64,000 bases of DNA, taken from the IMG/VR virus record IMGVR_UViG_2816332336_000005, positions 41,176 through 105,175 of that record; one strand, 5' to 3'. The notes under the pieces were generated by a model, which did not search any database, was not told the origin of the DNA, and saw nothing but the letters and a program-made list of their open reading frames with translations. Position 1 is the first letter of the stretch; the number at the start of each line of letters is the position of its first letter. Both the position numbers and the translations under genes were made by a program. Source of the stretch: a virus (Duplodnaviria > Caudoviricetes). Positions 1-8,847 of the stretch are shown here, piece by piece.

Positions 1-36
1 AATCGCTGATATCTTTTTAGATCAGCAACTAAGTCC

Positions 37-252
37 TCATAGTTCACGCAGATAATCCCCCTTATTTAAGATTCGTTGAGATTGTTCAAACTGGCGTGTT
101 ACTTTGATATCCGACACCTTCCTCGCTATGATCTCCTTCCTTGTGGCATCGACCTCATCCCCGTTTTCACGACTAATCTCTGAAAGAATAAGCATCCCTT
201 GTGCGATGTGATACAGCTCCTCTTCGTCCAAACCATCCAGCATTTCTTTCAC
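37..252 (-). CDS. Hypothetical protein of the left element
   Basis: 71-aa ORF with RBS, co-oriented in the xis/cro operon. Confidence 0.6.
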   Translation of the reverse strand: MKEMLDGLDEEELYHIAQGMLILSEISRENGDEVDATRKEIIARKVSDIKVTRQFEQSQRILNKGDYLREL

Positions 253-264
253 CTTCTCACTCCT

Positions 265-513
265 TTACACCATTACTGATAGAACGTTTTGCATGATGGA
301 CATTCCATCCATTCCACAGAAGAACGCTACAGCCACCTCCTTCGCTCCTGTGGCTTCTATCCACGCTAGTCCCGTTTGGAAATCCAACGTTTTCTTATCT
401 GTCTCCAGCTTGCTTATGCAACTTCTTGAACGATTGAGCTTTTCGGCTAATTGTTCTTGGCTTAACCCTGCTCTTTCTCTGCAAGCGTGCAGTATCGCTC
501 CGAACTTCTTCAC
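265..513 (-). CDS. XRE-family HTH protein
   Basis: RERAGLSQEQLAEKLNRSRSCISKLE is a Cro/C1 HTH pattern. Confidence 0.85.
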   Translation of the reverse strand: MKKFGAILHACRERAGLSQEQLAEKLNRSRSCISKLETDKKTLDFQTGLAWIEATGAKEVAVAFFCGMDGMSIMQNVLSVMV

Positions 514-645
514 TTTTCTCTCTCCTTCTTCAAACTTGTTCCATTTTGTTCCAAATAAGAACAGCCAAATTTGATAAGTTGTTTTACAATTAAAGTGTGT
601 TCATCTTTCATGCTTTCCCTCGGGCTGCTCACCTGGGGGAATTTT

Positions 646-834
646 TTAACCAACTTGATAACTTTCTTCTTCGGATTTACGCATCCATTCGTCGATAACT
701 TCCTTTCGAAATAAGATGCGCCCTCTAACTCTTGTATTTGGTATCTGCTTTTTTCGAACCATTGTATAGATTGTGTCGGTGCTAACACCTAGATAAGTTG
801 CTATTTCAGAAACGGACATTGTTGTTTTTGTCAT
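646..834 (-). CDS. xis: Excisionase (HTH_17/MerR-like)
   Basis: MSVSEIATYLGVSTDTIYTMVRKKQIP..RVRGRILFRKEVIDEW is a typical Xis signature; AGGAG RBS. Confidence 0.85.
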   Translation of the reverse strand: MTKTTMSVSEIATYLGVSTDTIYTMVRKKQIPNTRVRGRILFRKEVIDEWMRKSEEESYQVG

Positions 835-919
835 ATTAATTGCTCCTTTTTGAATTTTTTTACCTCTTTCTGGTAAAATGGAGTTGTCGAGACTACTTCT
901 ACTAGAAAGGGGGATAAAA

Positions 920-1189
920 ATGATTACATATGCTGAAGTGAAATGTTACAACTGCGAAAATAAGTTTCCTGTATATTGGCATGATTGGGAAAAGAATTTA
1001 CCTATTAAATGTCCTTTTTGTGTAACTCAGTTTACTGACCGTCAAACTGAACATCTAAAACTTGCTCTTGGCACTGCCTCTGAATTAAATGGCAAGCTTA
1101 GAAGTGAAGCTATGGACGGTGGTGACCTTTTCCAAGTTGATTTCAAACATGTATTTGTTCCAGTCGAAAAGTATCGTTTAGATGATTAA
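920..1189 (+). CDS. Small zinc-ribbon protein, counter-oriented
   Basis: CYNC...CPFC pairs; AAAGGGGG RBS before ATG at 920. Confidence 0.7.
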   Translation: MITYAEVKCYNCENKFPVYWHDWEKNLPIKCPFCVTQFTDRQTEHLKLALGTASELNGKLRSEAMDGGDLFQVDFKHVFVPVEKYRLDD

Positions 1190-1364
1190 ACAGTTTTTCA
1201 GTTTGACTAGGATTGAGATTGTTTCGTTTTATAATGTTCGAAATTTCGGTTGTTATAATAGCGTAACAATCTCTTCCTAGTTCAATTTTCAATTCATTGG
1301 CTTCAAACTTATAACGCTCGATAAAACTTTCTAGCTTTTCGGTCGGACTAGCCATTCTTATCAC
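1143..1364 (-). CDS. Hypothetical protein
   Basis: ORF directly downstream of the cro-like gene. Confidence 0.5.
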   Translation of the reverse strand: MIRMASPTEKLESFIERYKFEANELKIELGRDCYAIITTEISNIIKRNNLNPSQTEKLFNHLNDTFRLEQIHV

Positions 1365-1367
1365 CCC

Positions 1368-1604
1368 TTAGGCTGTTTTTTGTTCACTTTTGTGACCACA
1401 ATCAATAAAAAAAATAACCTCAAACTGTACTTCTAATGTTTCGCATATTTCTTTCGCTACTTGCGGACTTGGGTTTCGATTACCACTCTCCAGTAGGGAG
1501 ATGTAAGACACCGCTTTATTAATTTCTCGTGCAAGACCTCGTTGAGAAAACCCTTTTTTTATTCGAGCCTGAGCAAAATCATGTACCTTAACCTTTATCT
1601 TCAT
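1368..1604 (-). CDS. Cro-like XRE HTH protein
   Basis: ARIKKGFSQRGLAREINKAVSYISLLESGNRNPS HTH; divergent from the repressor; start moved to ATG 1604 behind an AAAGGA RBS. Confidence 0.85.
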   Translation of the reverse strand: MKIKVKVHDFAQARIKKGFSQRGLAREINKAVSYISLLESGNRNPSPQVAKEICETLEVQFEVIFFIDCGHKSEQKTA

Positions 1605-1768
1605 TGTCACCATCCTTTCAACTGGTTCCTTATGTGACCATAATAACATTGAATGTAACTTTTTGCAACCGTTTTTGGTTCTTTTTGAAAACAATTGTTT
1701 TCATTCGTGAACATGGTAAAATAAAACTAATTGTGCTCACAAATGTTTACTAGAAAGGAGGAGACTCC

Positions 1769-2398
1769 TTGGATTTCGGTAAGTACCTAAAAAATATTCG
1801 GGAAAGTCGTTCCCTTTCTGTTAGGGAGTTAGCCAAAAGATCCGATGTGTCCCATTCCCATATTTCTCAAATCGAGACAGGTCAAAGAGGTATTCCAAAA
1901 CCTGATACTATAAAAAAACTGGCTGATGGGTTAAATATTCCCTTTGACGAACTGATGCAATACGCCGGATATATAGAACAATCTACTTATACTAATCAGG
2001 AAGAGTTTGATTCTTTAAATAGTAGCAGTGAAAGCCTCTCTAAAGCTGGTCAGAGAATCAAGCTGTTACGTGAAACAAGAAAATGGTCCCAGTTATTATT
2101 GTCTGAAAAACTTGGTATAAACAATAGCGTTCTATCAAGAATTGAAGCTGGAAAGCGTGATGTAGAAGATTATTTGCTTAATAAAGCAGCAGATATTTTT
2201 GATGTAACATCTGATTATTTGCTCGGCAGGACAAATGATCCAAGCCCCAATAATGCGAAGTATAATGACAATGATTCGAATATAGGTCTAGCCTTTTCCG
2301 ATGGTGGAGAAACAGAACTTACTGAGGAAGAAGAGTTATACCTTAAAGAGAGCTTAATGCTATTTAGAAGAATGAAAGAAAAACGTTCAAACAAATAA
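1769..2398 (+). CDS. ImmR/CI-like repressor with two tandem XRE HTH domains
   Basis: Two HTH_3 motifs (LSVRELAKRSDVSHSHISQIETG and WSQLLLSEKLGINNSVLSRIEAG...DYLLGRT); upstream of ImmA. Confidence 0.85.
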   Translation: MDFGKYLKNIRESRSLSVRELAKRSDVSHSHISQIETGQRGIPKPDTIKKLADGLNIPFDELMQYAGYIEQSTYTNQEEFDSLNSSSESLSKAGQRIKLLRETRKWSQLLLSEKLGINNSVLSRIEAGKRDVEDYLLNKAADIFDVTSDYLLGRTNDPSPNNAKYNDNDSNIGLAFSDGGETELTEEEELYLKESLMLFRRMKEKRSNK

Positions 2399-2443
2399 TA
2401 GAACCTTTTTAGCCCTAAGGGCTATTATTTTCAACTATAGATA

Positions 2444-2457
2444 CGAACATACGTTTG
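2444..2457 (+). promoter_or_regulatory. LexA (Cheo/SOS) box upstream of immA
   Basis: CGAACATACGTTTG versus Bacillus consensus CGAAC-N4-GTTCG. Confidence 0.75.
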
Positions 2458-2474
2458 AGGAACGAGGGGACATC

Positions 2475-3107
2475 ATGGATTTTTCACTTTATAAGACAAT
2501 GCCATTAGAAGATTGGATTAACTCAATTTATCTCCAAAACTCTATTTGTACTCCTGATGATCTTGAAATTGAACAGATTTCATCTATCTTTGGAGGAGAG
2601 GTTATCTATCTACCAACAAATTCTCATGCCAGATGGATTGATGATGGAACTACTGAATTTCTTATAGTGGTGAATAGTCGTTTAGATGAGATAGCTATAC
2701 GTGGTCAATTCTTTCATGAACTTTGTCACCCCCTTCGACACTCGGGAAATCAAAAAGTACTTCCCCGAGCATTCTGTGATTTACAAGAGGCACAAGCTTT
2801 TCATTTTCAATTGTACTCTTCAATACCGTTTTATATGGTCAGAGAACTCGATCTCCCTCTGTATGAAAAAGACATATCTCAATATATAAGTCACACTTTC
2901 AAAGTGCCCATTGAACTTGCCACACATCGCTTTAAACAAATCAAAGCACGCATTCAACAGGAAGAATATCGACTCACTATTTCTACCCATCTTCAGGAAT
3001 GGTATCGAAAATCTATTCCAGAAAACTGGTCAGACGAGACGAAAACACTTTTCCGTCTGGCACTTAAAAGGAAGTTTGAAAAAGAAAGAGAAGTTGTCCT
3101 TAGCTAA
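2475..3107 (+). CDS. immA: ImmA/IrrE-family metallopeptidase (anti-repressor)
   Basis: FFHELCHPLRH HExxH motif and downstream E-x-Q-A; position between repressor and integrase. Confidence 0.85.
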   Translation: MDFSLYKTMPLEDWINSIYLQNSICTPDDLEIEQISSIFGGEVIYLPTNSHARWIDDGTTEFLIVVNSRLDEIAIRGQFFHELCHPLRHSGNQKVLPRAFCDLQEAQAFHFQLYSSIPFYMVRELDLPLYEKDISQYISHTFKVPIELATHRFKQIKARIQQEEYRLTISTHLQEWYRKSIPENWSDETKTLFRLALKRKFEKEREVVLS

Positions 3108-3212
3108 AAGTGGCTGTTTATCACACTCTTTTTATAGGTTCTTTATGATTCCATTACTCTTTTAAAACGTAAGGAATTACTACATATAAAATCTGAAAAT
3201 GAGGTGGAGAGA

Positions 3213-4394
3213 TTGGCTAGCATTGAAAGACGGGGTAAAGACTCTTTTCGTTTGGTTGTGGAAGTTGGCTATGATGCAAACGGCAAACGAATTAAACGCA
3301 CAAAGACTATTAAAGGTGTAGGTAAACGTGAGGCAGAAAAAGAATTGGCCAAATTTATCATGGAAGTTGAGTCAGGAGAATACATTGCTCCAGAAAAAAT
3401 GACATTAGCTACTTTTGTAGATGAGTGGAAAGAAAAATATGCTAAAAGGGAGTTAGCTCCTAAAACATTAGAGAATTATCTTATCCAAATCAATAATAGA
3501 ATTCTTCCTGAATTTGGGCATATGAGATTAGATCAAATAAAGCCACTCCATATAATCACCTTCATTAATAAGCTTCAAGGTGAAGGTATTAGGAACGATA
3601 ACAGAGAAGGAAAGCTTTCTTCTAGTATGATCGAATACATCCATAAAGTTCTTAAAAATATTTTCAATCGTGCTGTAGAATGGAAAGTCATAAAAAAACA
3701 CCCGATGGAATCCTTAAAAAAGCCTAAGGTTGAACAAGAAGAAATGTCAGTTTATGAAGAAGAAGAGATTCGACTGCTCTTTATAGCACTAGAGAAAGAA
3801 TCTTTAATGTGGAGAATCATGGTAACCCTTGCTCTTACTTGCGGTCTGAGAAGAGGTGAATTACTTGCCTTAGAATGGGATAATGTGAACTTCGAGGAGA
3901 GTTATATCTATATTAAACATTCACTATCCTATTCCAAAGAGTCTGGATACCTAATCAAAGAGCCTAAGACAAAAAACTCCAAAAGAAAAGTATCTATTCC
4001 TTTAAGTCTAATACCGGACCTAAAAGAATTAAAAAAGCAAGCAATGAAAGATCGGCTTAAAGCAGAGGAACTATGGGAAGGTGGAGAAAGATTTTTTGTA
4101 TTTACTTCTTGGCATGGTAAGCCTCTATATCCATCAAGCGTAAAAACATGGTGGTCACGATTTACAAAAAGACACGCATTAAGATATATTCGTTTTCACG
4201 ACTTACGCCACACATCAGCTACATTACTTATCAACCAAGGTGTACACACTAAGATAGTTAGTCAAAGATTGGGACATGCGAAAACATCTACAACTAATGA
4301 TATCTATGCTCATGTATTACTTTCTGCTGATAAAGAAACAGCCAAACATTTTGATTCTCTCCTACAAAATATATCAGTCCCCAAAAATGCATAA
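3213..4394 (+). CDS. int: Tyrosine integrase (ICEBs1/phage type)
   Basis: MASIERRG N-terminus; GLRRGELLAL, RFHDLRHTSAT and LGHAKTSTTNDIYAH catalytic motifs; TTG start behind GAGGTG. Confidence 0.95.
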   Translation: MASIERRGKDSFRLVVEVGYDANGKRIKRTKTIKGVGKREAEKELAKFIMEVESGEYIAPEKMTLATFVDEWKEKYAKRELAPKTLENYLIQINNRILPEFGHMRLDQIKPLHIITFINKLQGEGIRNDNREGKLSSSMIEYIHKVLKNIFNRAVEWKVIKKHPMESLKKPKVEQEEMSVYEEEEIRLLFIALEKESLMWRIMVTLALTCGLRRGELLALEWDNVNFEESYIYIKHSLSYSKESGYLIKEPKTKNSKRKVSIPLSLIPDLKELKKQAMKDRLKAEELWEGGERFFVFTSWHGKPLYPSSVKTWWSRFTKRHALRYIRFHDLRHTSATLLINQGVHTKIVSQRLGHAKTSTTNDIYAHVLLSADKETAKHFDSLLQNISVPKNA

Positions 4395-4433
4395 CTCGAA
4401 TTTTAGGCAACAAAAAAGAGGACAAAAAAAAGT

Positions 4434-4455
4434 TTCGTCCCCAATTCGTCCCCAA
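4434..4455 (+). repeat. Tandem 11-bp direct repeat TTCGTCCCCAA x2, probable integrase arm-binding sites
   Basis: Read directly; lies between int and the att core; partial third copy GTCCCCAA at the end of int. Confidence 0.65.
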
Positions 4456-4545
4456 GTTAGAATTCAAGAGCCTGTACTAGTAAATTAAACAACCCTGTTA
4501 CATCAAAAAAAGCCTTGATAATCAAGGCTTTTAACGTTTCTGTTA

Positions 4546-4590
4546 TGGTGATCCGGACTGGGTTCGAACCAGCGACCCCCACCCTGTCAA
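4546..4590 (-). tRNA. 3' half of tRNA-Val(GAC), from anticodon loop to CCA; att core duplication, not an intact tRNA
   Basis: Reverse complement TTGACAGGGTGGGGGTCGCTGGTTCGAACCCAGTCCGGATCACCA has the GAC anticodon, GTTCGAA T-loop and CCA; no D-arm or 5' acceptor strand upstream. Confidence 0.9.
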
Positions 4591-4771
4591 CTATCCGATT
4601 TGGGTTCGGAGCCTTTCCGTTATGTCCTCCCGCCTGTCCATCCGCTACATATCAACGTTTGTCCATCCGCTCTCTTTCCGTTAATGAGTATTATACCGTA
4701 CAGGAGCAGTAAACAGCAAATTTCTTGACCTACAGACTGGGTTGCAAATGTGCCCTCGGGTCTCTTCTATT

Positions 4772-5116
4772 TTAATCGGTAACGGACGCAATGTTCCCGA
4801 AATCAATCCACGTCCAATCCCCGTTTTCTTCCTCGATTCTAACTTGCTTCATAATCGTATCAAACGACTTGGCAACGCCCCTCACCGTCAGGAACTCGCC
4901 TCCATTCTCGGAGACTTCCCGCCAATACTTAACGGTTATCTCGAAGTTATAACGTTTACTTTCCGTCAGCCTATAGTTAATCGCCATGATTTCGTCATGA
5001 TCGAGGTCAGGCTTCGGTAGTAACGATAGCTCTCTTCGGTGTTGCTCCGGCAATACCATACGCATGGAGCCGAATAAATCGTTAATCTTTGTTCGTTTTT
5101 GCATAGTAAAACTCAT
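4772..5116 (-). CDS. YolD-like family protein
   Basis: SMRMVLPEQH...PKPDLDHDEIMAINYRL...WIDFGNIASV YolD pattern. Confidence 0.8.
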   Translation of the reverse strand: MSFTMQKRTKINDLFGSMRMVLPEQHRRELSLLPKPDLDHDEIMAINYRLTESKRYNFEITVKYWREVSENGGEFLTVRGVAKSFDTIMKQVRIEEENGDWTWIDFGNIASVTD

Positions 5117-5396
5117 CCCCCGTCCATAGCCAATCTATCAAGTCTAGGTTAGGTGATACGATGATGTCAACGATTTGATTGACGCGGATCGTATGTGAGC
5201 TCCAGTCCGTCAATAGCTTGATTTGTTCGTTATCATTAGCCGCGATCCAGCCCCATGACGTATGGGCTCCTGTTTGGTCCGACCAGATAACCAATAGTGG
5301 CCTGTTGTTGTTTATAGAATCGTTGATGATATACTGTACGTCCTCTAATTGAGTACGAGAGATAGGTTTTATCGTCTCAACAAACAAATCCAGCAT
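5082..5396 (-). CDS. YolD-like paralog
   Basis: KPISRTQLEDVQYIINDS...IRVNQIVDI resembles the YolD core; first gene after an SOS box. Confidence 0.55.
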   Translation of the reverse strand: MLDLFVETIKPISRTQLEDVQYIINDSINNNRPLLVIWSDQTGAHTSWGWIAANDNEQIKLLTDWSSHTIRVNQIVDIIVSPNLDLIDWLWTGDEFYYAKTNKD

Positions 5397-5420
5397 AATA
5401 CCGCCGCCCTCTGTTTAAAT

Positions 5421-5434
5421 AGAACATTTGTTCC
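5421..5434 (-). promoter_or_regulatory. LexA (SOS) box upstream of the yolD-like pair
   Basis: AGAACATTTGTTCC matches GAAC-N4-GTTC. Confidence 0.8.
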
Positions 5435-5565
5435 TATTATATGCGAACAGAACGGGAACATGCAACCAAAAAAAAATCGCCCACCTACCAGCCATTAGGC
5501 CAATAAGTGGGCAGTAATTCTTTATATGGTTAGATTCAGTCTGGTCCAAGGTGAACTAGAGCTAT

Positions 5566-5817
5566 TTACTTTTTCCCCTCGCTACTGTCCGGCTTAACAT
5601 ACGAATATGCACCCGCCGCCGTCAGTCCGACCACAACCGTAGTCAATAGATTCGTCTTCAGCGCCCCGTCCGGTAAGAACACGAACACGCCCGAAAGCGC
5701 AATCGCTACTAACGGAGCAAACTTCGTCGGCACCCCGAATCCTTTCGCGATTCCCGTTAAAGCTGCCACGATTGCGGCTAGCGTCGCGATGTCATACGTA
5801 AGTTCCACGTTATACAC
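5566..5817 (-). CDS. Holin
   Basis: Small protein with 2-3 TM segments, GLTAAGAYS motif, right after the endolysin. Confidence 0.8.
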   Translation of the reverse strand: MYNVELTYDIATLAAIVAALTGIAKGFGVPTKFAPLVAIALSGVFVFLPDGALKTNLLTTVVVGLTAAGAYSYVKPDSSEGKK

Positions 5818-6568
5818 CCGCCTTTCTCGCCGCCACCCGATCCACTAGTACAAAGACCAGCCACGGCATGTCCTCGATTACCTTCTGCGGCTCCTTCCGT
5901 AAACGCTCCTTCCATTCGGCCGCATCCGACAGTAGTTCCTGTGCTGCGAGATTATCTATCGACTTATCCGCGAGTTCTAATTGCCATTCCTTTAACGCCA
6001 AGCTTACCGCCTCCTCGATTTTCATTATAGGTACCGGGGCCACCGGCTTATCAAAACGGGTTAACTTATTTCCGTTTACAATCGACATGATTAACGTAAC
6101 GTAATTCGGGTCAGTCGCGTACCCGCCCCGTTTGACCGCCTCCGCAAACTCCCGTGGAGTCTTCGCCTTCCATACGCCCGCATTCACGTAGCGCGGCTTC
6201 TTTAACAATGCGAAGTGGTCGTCGATGGCCTCGCCGTAATTGTTGTACGCTCGGAACCGCGCCTTTACCTGTACCTTCGTCTTGGCACCGGAAGTACCAA
6301 GTATCTTTACAAGGTCACCGCTGGCCTTCGCCTTCGCTACGTCGGCCGCCGAATAATACTCCGTGGTCAAGATCGTAACGCTACCGGCCGGCCCCGTTCC
6401 TTTGATATTGCCGAGATTATACGACTCGCGCCCCGTCACCATGTCGCGTGGTGTCCGTAAGTCCCATCCGACCTCTAGTATGAGTTGCGCGATAACGCCG
6501 GACGGGCACGGGTAACGCCCGACTACATGCGGTGCTATTAACGAGATTAGCCGTTCTTGCTTCGTCAT
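5810..6568 (-). CDS. Endolysin, GH73 glucosaminidase
   Basis: AQLILEVGW, YNLGNIKG, FRAYNN and GYATDPNY GH73 motifs. Confidence 0.9.
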   Translation of the reverse strand: MTKQERLISLIAPHVVGRYPCPSGVIAQLILEVGWDLRTPRDMVTGRESYNLGNIKGTGPAGSVTILTTEYYSAADVAKAKASGDLVKILGTSGAKTKVQVKARFRAYNNYGEAIDDHFALLKKPRYVNAGVWKAKTPREFAEAVKRGGYATDPNYVTLIMSIVNGNKLTRFDKPVAPVPIMKIEEAVSLALKEWQLELADKSIDNLAAQELLSDAAEWKERLRKEPQKVIEDMPWLVFVLVDRVAARKAGV

Positions 6569-6578
6569 ATGTTCGACC

Positions 6579-6842
6579 TCATTTCGTTAGAAAATAAATA
6601 AGGATGGACCCGATAAAACTCGTTCCCATCCCGATGATTACGCCCCAGCTTCGGCGCGAATCCGACTTGATTTCCGCAATGTCACGCGCGTTCTCTTGGG
6701 CCAACGCTAGTGCTTCCCGTGCTTTGTCGTGTACTTGTTCGAGCTTTTCACGGTCACGCGATAAGTGGTCGACCTTTTCTTCCACGCGGACCATGCGCTC
6801 CCGTACGTCTTGTAAAATAGATACTGTATCGTGTTCTCCCAT
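6579..6842 (-). CDS. XhlA-like hemolysin/holin accessory
   Basis: N-terminal coiled coil plus single C-terminal TM; upstream of the endolysin. Confidence 0.75.
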   Translation of the reverse strand: MGEHDTVSILQDVRERMVRVEEKVDHLSRDREKLEQVHDKAREALALAQENARDIAEIKSDSRRSWGVIIGMGTSFIGSILIYFLTK

Positions 6843-6853
6843 ACGCGCTCCTC

Positions 6854-6991
6854 CTAGAATTTGATTCCGGTAATTTCTTCGTAATCGGCCGGTGTGATCT
6901 CTCCATACGGGTTACTATCCGTTCTAACAGCCAGACGTAATTGCTCCGCGGTCACCCATTTGTACTGATATGCGATTCTCCAAAATTCCAT
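6854..6991 (-). CDS. XkdX-family small tail protein (45 aa, not in ORF track)
   Basis: Manual translation MEFWRIAYQYKWVTAEQLRLAVRTDSNPYGEITPADYEEITGIKF; ITxxxYEEITG motif. Confidence 0.85.
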   Translation of the reverse strand: MEFWRIAYQYKWVTAEQLRLAVRTDSNPYGEITPADYEEITGIKF

Positions 6992-7189
6992 TTATGCGCC
7001 ACCCCTTATCTGAATTAATTCAAGCTTCAGGCCGGTAATTTCGCGGCCCAAAGTCTGGATTAAGATGTCTTTTTGTGCCAACTCCACTTTCTGCATTGCA
7101 AGTTCTTGGCCTAACGTCTGAAGGGGCAATTGTTCCTGCTCCCTCTCCTTCTCAATTTGAGATAATGCTTTTGGTTTAGTCAGGATCAA
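6992..7189 (-). CDS. XkdW-like tail fibre chaperone
   Basis: Short coiled-coil protein between the tail fibre and xkdX. Confidence 0.6.
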   Translation of the reverse strand: MILTKPKALSQIEKEREQEQLPLQTLGQELAMQKVELAQKDILIQTLGREITGLKLELIQIRGGA

Positions 7190-8847
7190 TCGAATGCACC
7201 TCCGAATCCTCTTACGATAACTGGCTCAGTTGCTGTTCCTTTGGTGAATGAAAAACGTACGCTAACGCCCCATTTTTCTGCTGTTTTTTCCTTGTTGGTG
7301 AAGATGAAGCCTCGATTGAATTTGACATGGTTGCTCGCGTCTTCCCATGTCGGCAACTCGTCGAATGCGTTGTTACATACCTCGGCTTTGTAATCGGCAC
7401 CGGCAGGAATCGTCCCGTCGATTGTCACTAGGATGCGTTTGGCAGCTATGTCGGTACCGAATGGGTTCCTTAGAGCAAACGCTATCTTGTCGGCTGATCG
7501 TCGGAAGGTATACGATCGAGTCGAGGTCATCCCTTTGCTGTCGGTTGCCTCGATTATAAGGGTGTGTACCGCTGTCAAGGAGAGGCGTAACCATGTGTCC
7601 AGTGGGATTGTTGCAGTGTTTTCTTTGCTGTCAGTTCCAGCGAACGTGCGGATCACTTTGCCGTTGATTTTTTCTGTGATGGTAAATGCGTCACCCTCTG
7701 GCTCTGTGACGGTGTATGTTTTTGACGGGATAGCGTTTAATACACCGAGGTCTACGTTTTGACCATTGATAACAGGAGGGCGATTGTGGACAACTCGGAA
7801 CTTGCGGGTCACCTCGGTTGATTTACCGCCTTGGTCGTCCTCTGCCCAGATGGTTAGGGTGTGATCGGTGTTTTCGGCTAGATCGGAGCCTGTGAGATCG
7901 GTGGTGCCGTCATAGAGACGTTTGGCTCGGAATGTTAGGGTTTTGGCAAAAGAAATAGGCGTGCTACCGTTGGATACTCCGGATTGCAACGCCCTTGTGG
8001 TGCCGTTGTTGATGCGGTATTTTATTGTGACTACGTTGTCTTTGTCGGTGTCGGAGGCGGTGCCTTGGATGTTTAACGTAGCGTTTTCGATTAGAGTCTG
8101 GTTGTCGGATGGAGACGTGAGCGCTAGAGTAGGCGCTTGATTTAAAGCTTCGAGTACAGGGCGCCAACCTCTATCCCAGTCGGTAATTACATGATTTTCG
8201 TTACGGAGCCATCCCCAAAATCTAGCCGAATGATAACCTCGATTAGAGCAAACGTTAGTGGTTCCTATATAAGTCGTCTCTTGTCCCCATGAGAACACCC
8301 CCATCCAGTTCCAAAAACGGTTGTGAATACTGTCTTTGTCTACGCTATTTAACGATGTGTCAAGATCATATACGGTAGGAGACGGAATGCCATTTATTTT
8401 GTCCTCATTTGTGATATACCGGTCCCATTCATTACTTGTGGGAAACCCTCCAGTATACCCATTCCCACCTTCATCGCGAGATTGAGTTCCACAAGTTAAC
8501 AAGCGAAGCTTGTACGGCTGACCATCAATTGTTATTGTCTTGCCGAATACTCGATTGTCACTATTTAGAGCATACCAACTTACGCTAACAAGAATGACCC
8601 TATCACAAATAAGTAGCGTCTTATTTCCTTCTTGGATTTTATGCCAATATAGTCGGTTAGCTTCGACAGCATCCGTATCTCCAATATTCCAGTTCGTAAT
8701 AACTGAGTCTGTTCTAAAATCAGCAATATTACCGTTACCAGACCCTTCGAACGGTTCACCATATTGCCAAGGTCGTGTCGGTCTAGGGATTACCGTTGTT
8801 TTATTTCGTAATGTCCCCAACTTTACTAATCCTTCATAAGTTGCCAT
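7186..8847 (-). CDS. Tail fibre / receptor-binding protein (CLec-like N-terminal domain plus Ig-like repeats)
   Basis: SWGQE...RG...GWRPVLE motif followed by NQAPTLAL and NRPPVI Ig-like repeats; position after baseplate genes. Confidence 0.75.
   Translation of the reverse strand: MATYEGLVKLGTLRNKTTVIPRPTRPWQYGEPFEGSGNGNIADFRTDSVITNWNIGDTDAVEANRLYWHKIQEGNKTLLICDRVILVSVSWYALNSDNRVFGKTITIDGQPYKLRLLTCGTQSRDEGGNGYTGGFPTSNEWDRYITNEDKINGIPSPTVYDLDTSLNSVDKDSIHNRFWNWMGVFSWGQETTYIGTTNVCSNRGYHSARFWGWLRNENHVITDWDRGWRPVLEALNQAPTLALTSPSDNQTLIENATLNIQGTASDTDKDNVVTIKYRINNGTTRALQSGVSNGSTPISFAKTLTFRAKRLYDGTTDLTGSDLAENTDHTLTIWAEDDQGGKSTEVTRKFRVVHNRPPVINGQNVDLGVLNAIPSKTYTVTEPEGDAFTITEKINGKVIRTFAGTDSKENTATIPLDTWLRLSLTAVHTLIIEATDSKGMTSTRSYTFRRSADKIAFALRNPFGTDIAAKRILVTIDGTIPAGADYKAEVCNNAFDELPTWEDASNHVKFNRGFIFTNKEKTAEKWGVSVRFSFTKGTATEPVIVRGFGGAFD

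Larger units (their letters stand above)
1..4545. mobile_element. Integrase-proximal end of an ICEBs1/phi105-like integrative element (ICE, prophage or satellite); continues beyond the left edge
   Basis: Gene order xis, cro <> immR, immA, int, ending next to the 3' end of a tRNA fragment; arm-type direct repeats after int. Confidence 0.85.

Noticed and set aside
4546-4620. Intact tRNA-Val gene
   Set aside because: Similarity stops at the anticodon loop; the 5' half is missing, so this is an att duplication.
7186-8847. Diversity-generating retroelement
   Set aside because: No reverse transcriptase ORF and no second copy (template repeat) of the candidate variable region seen in the window.
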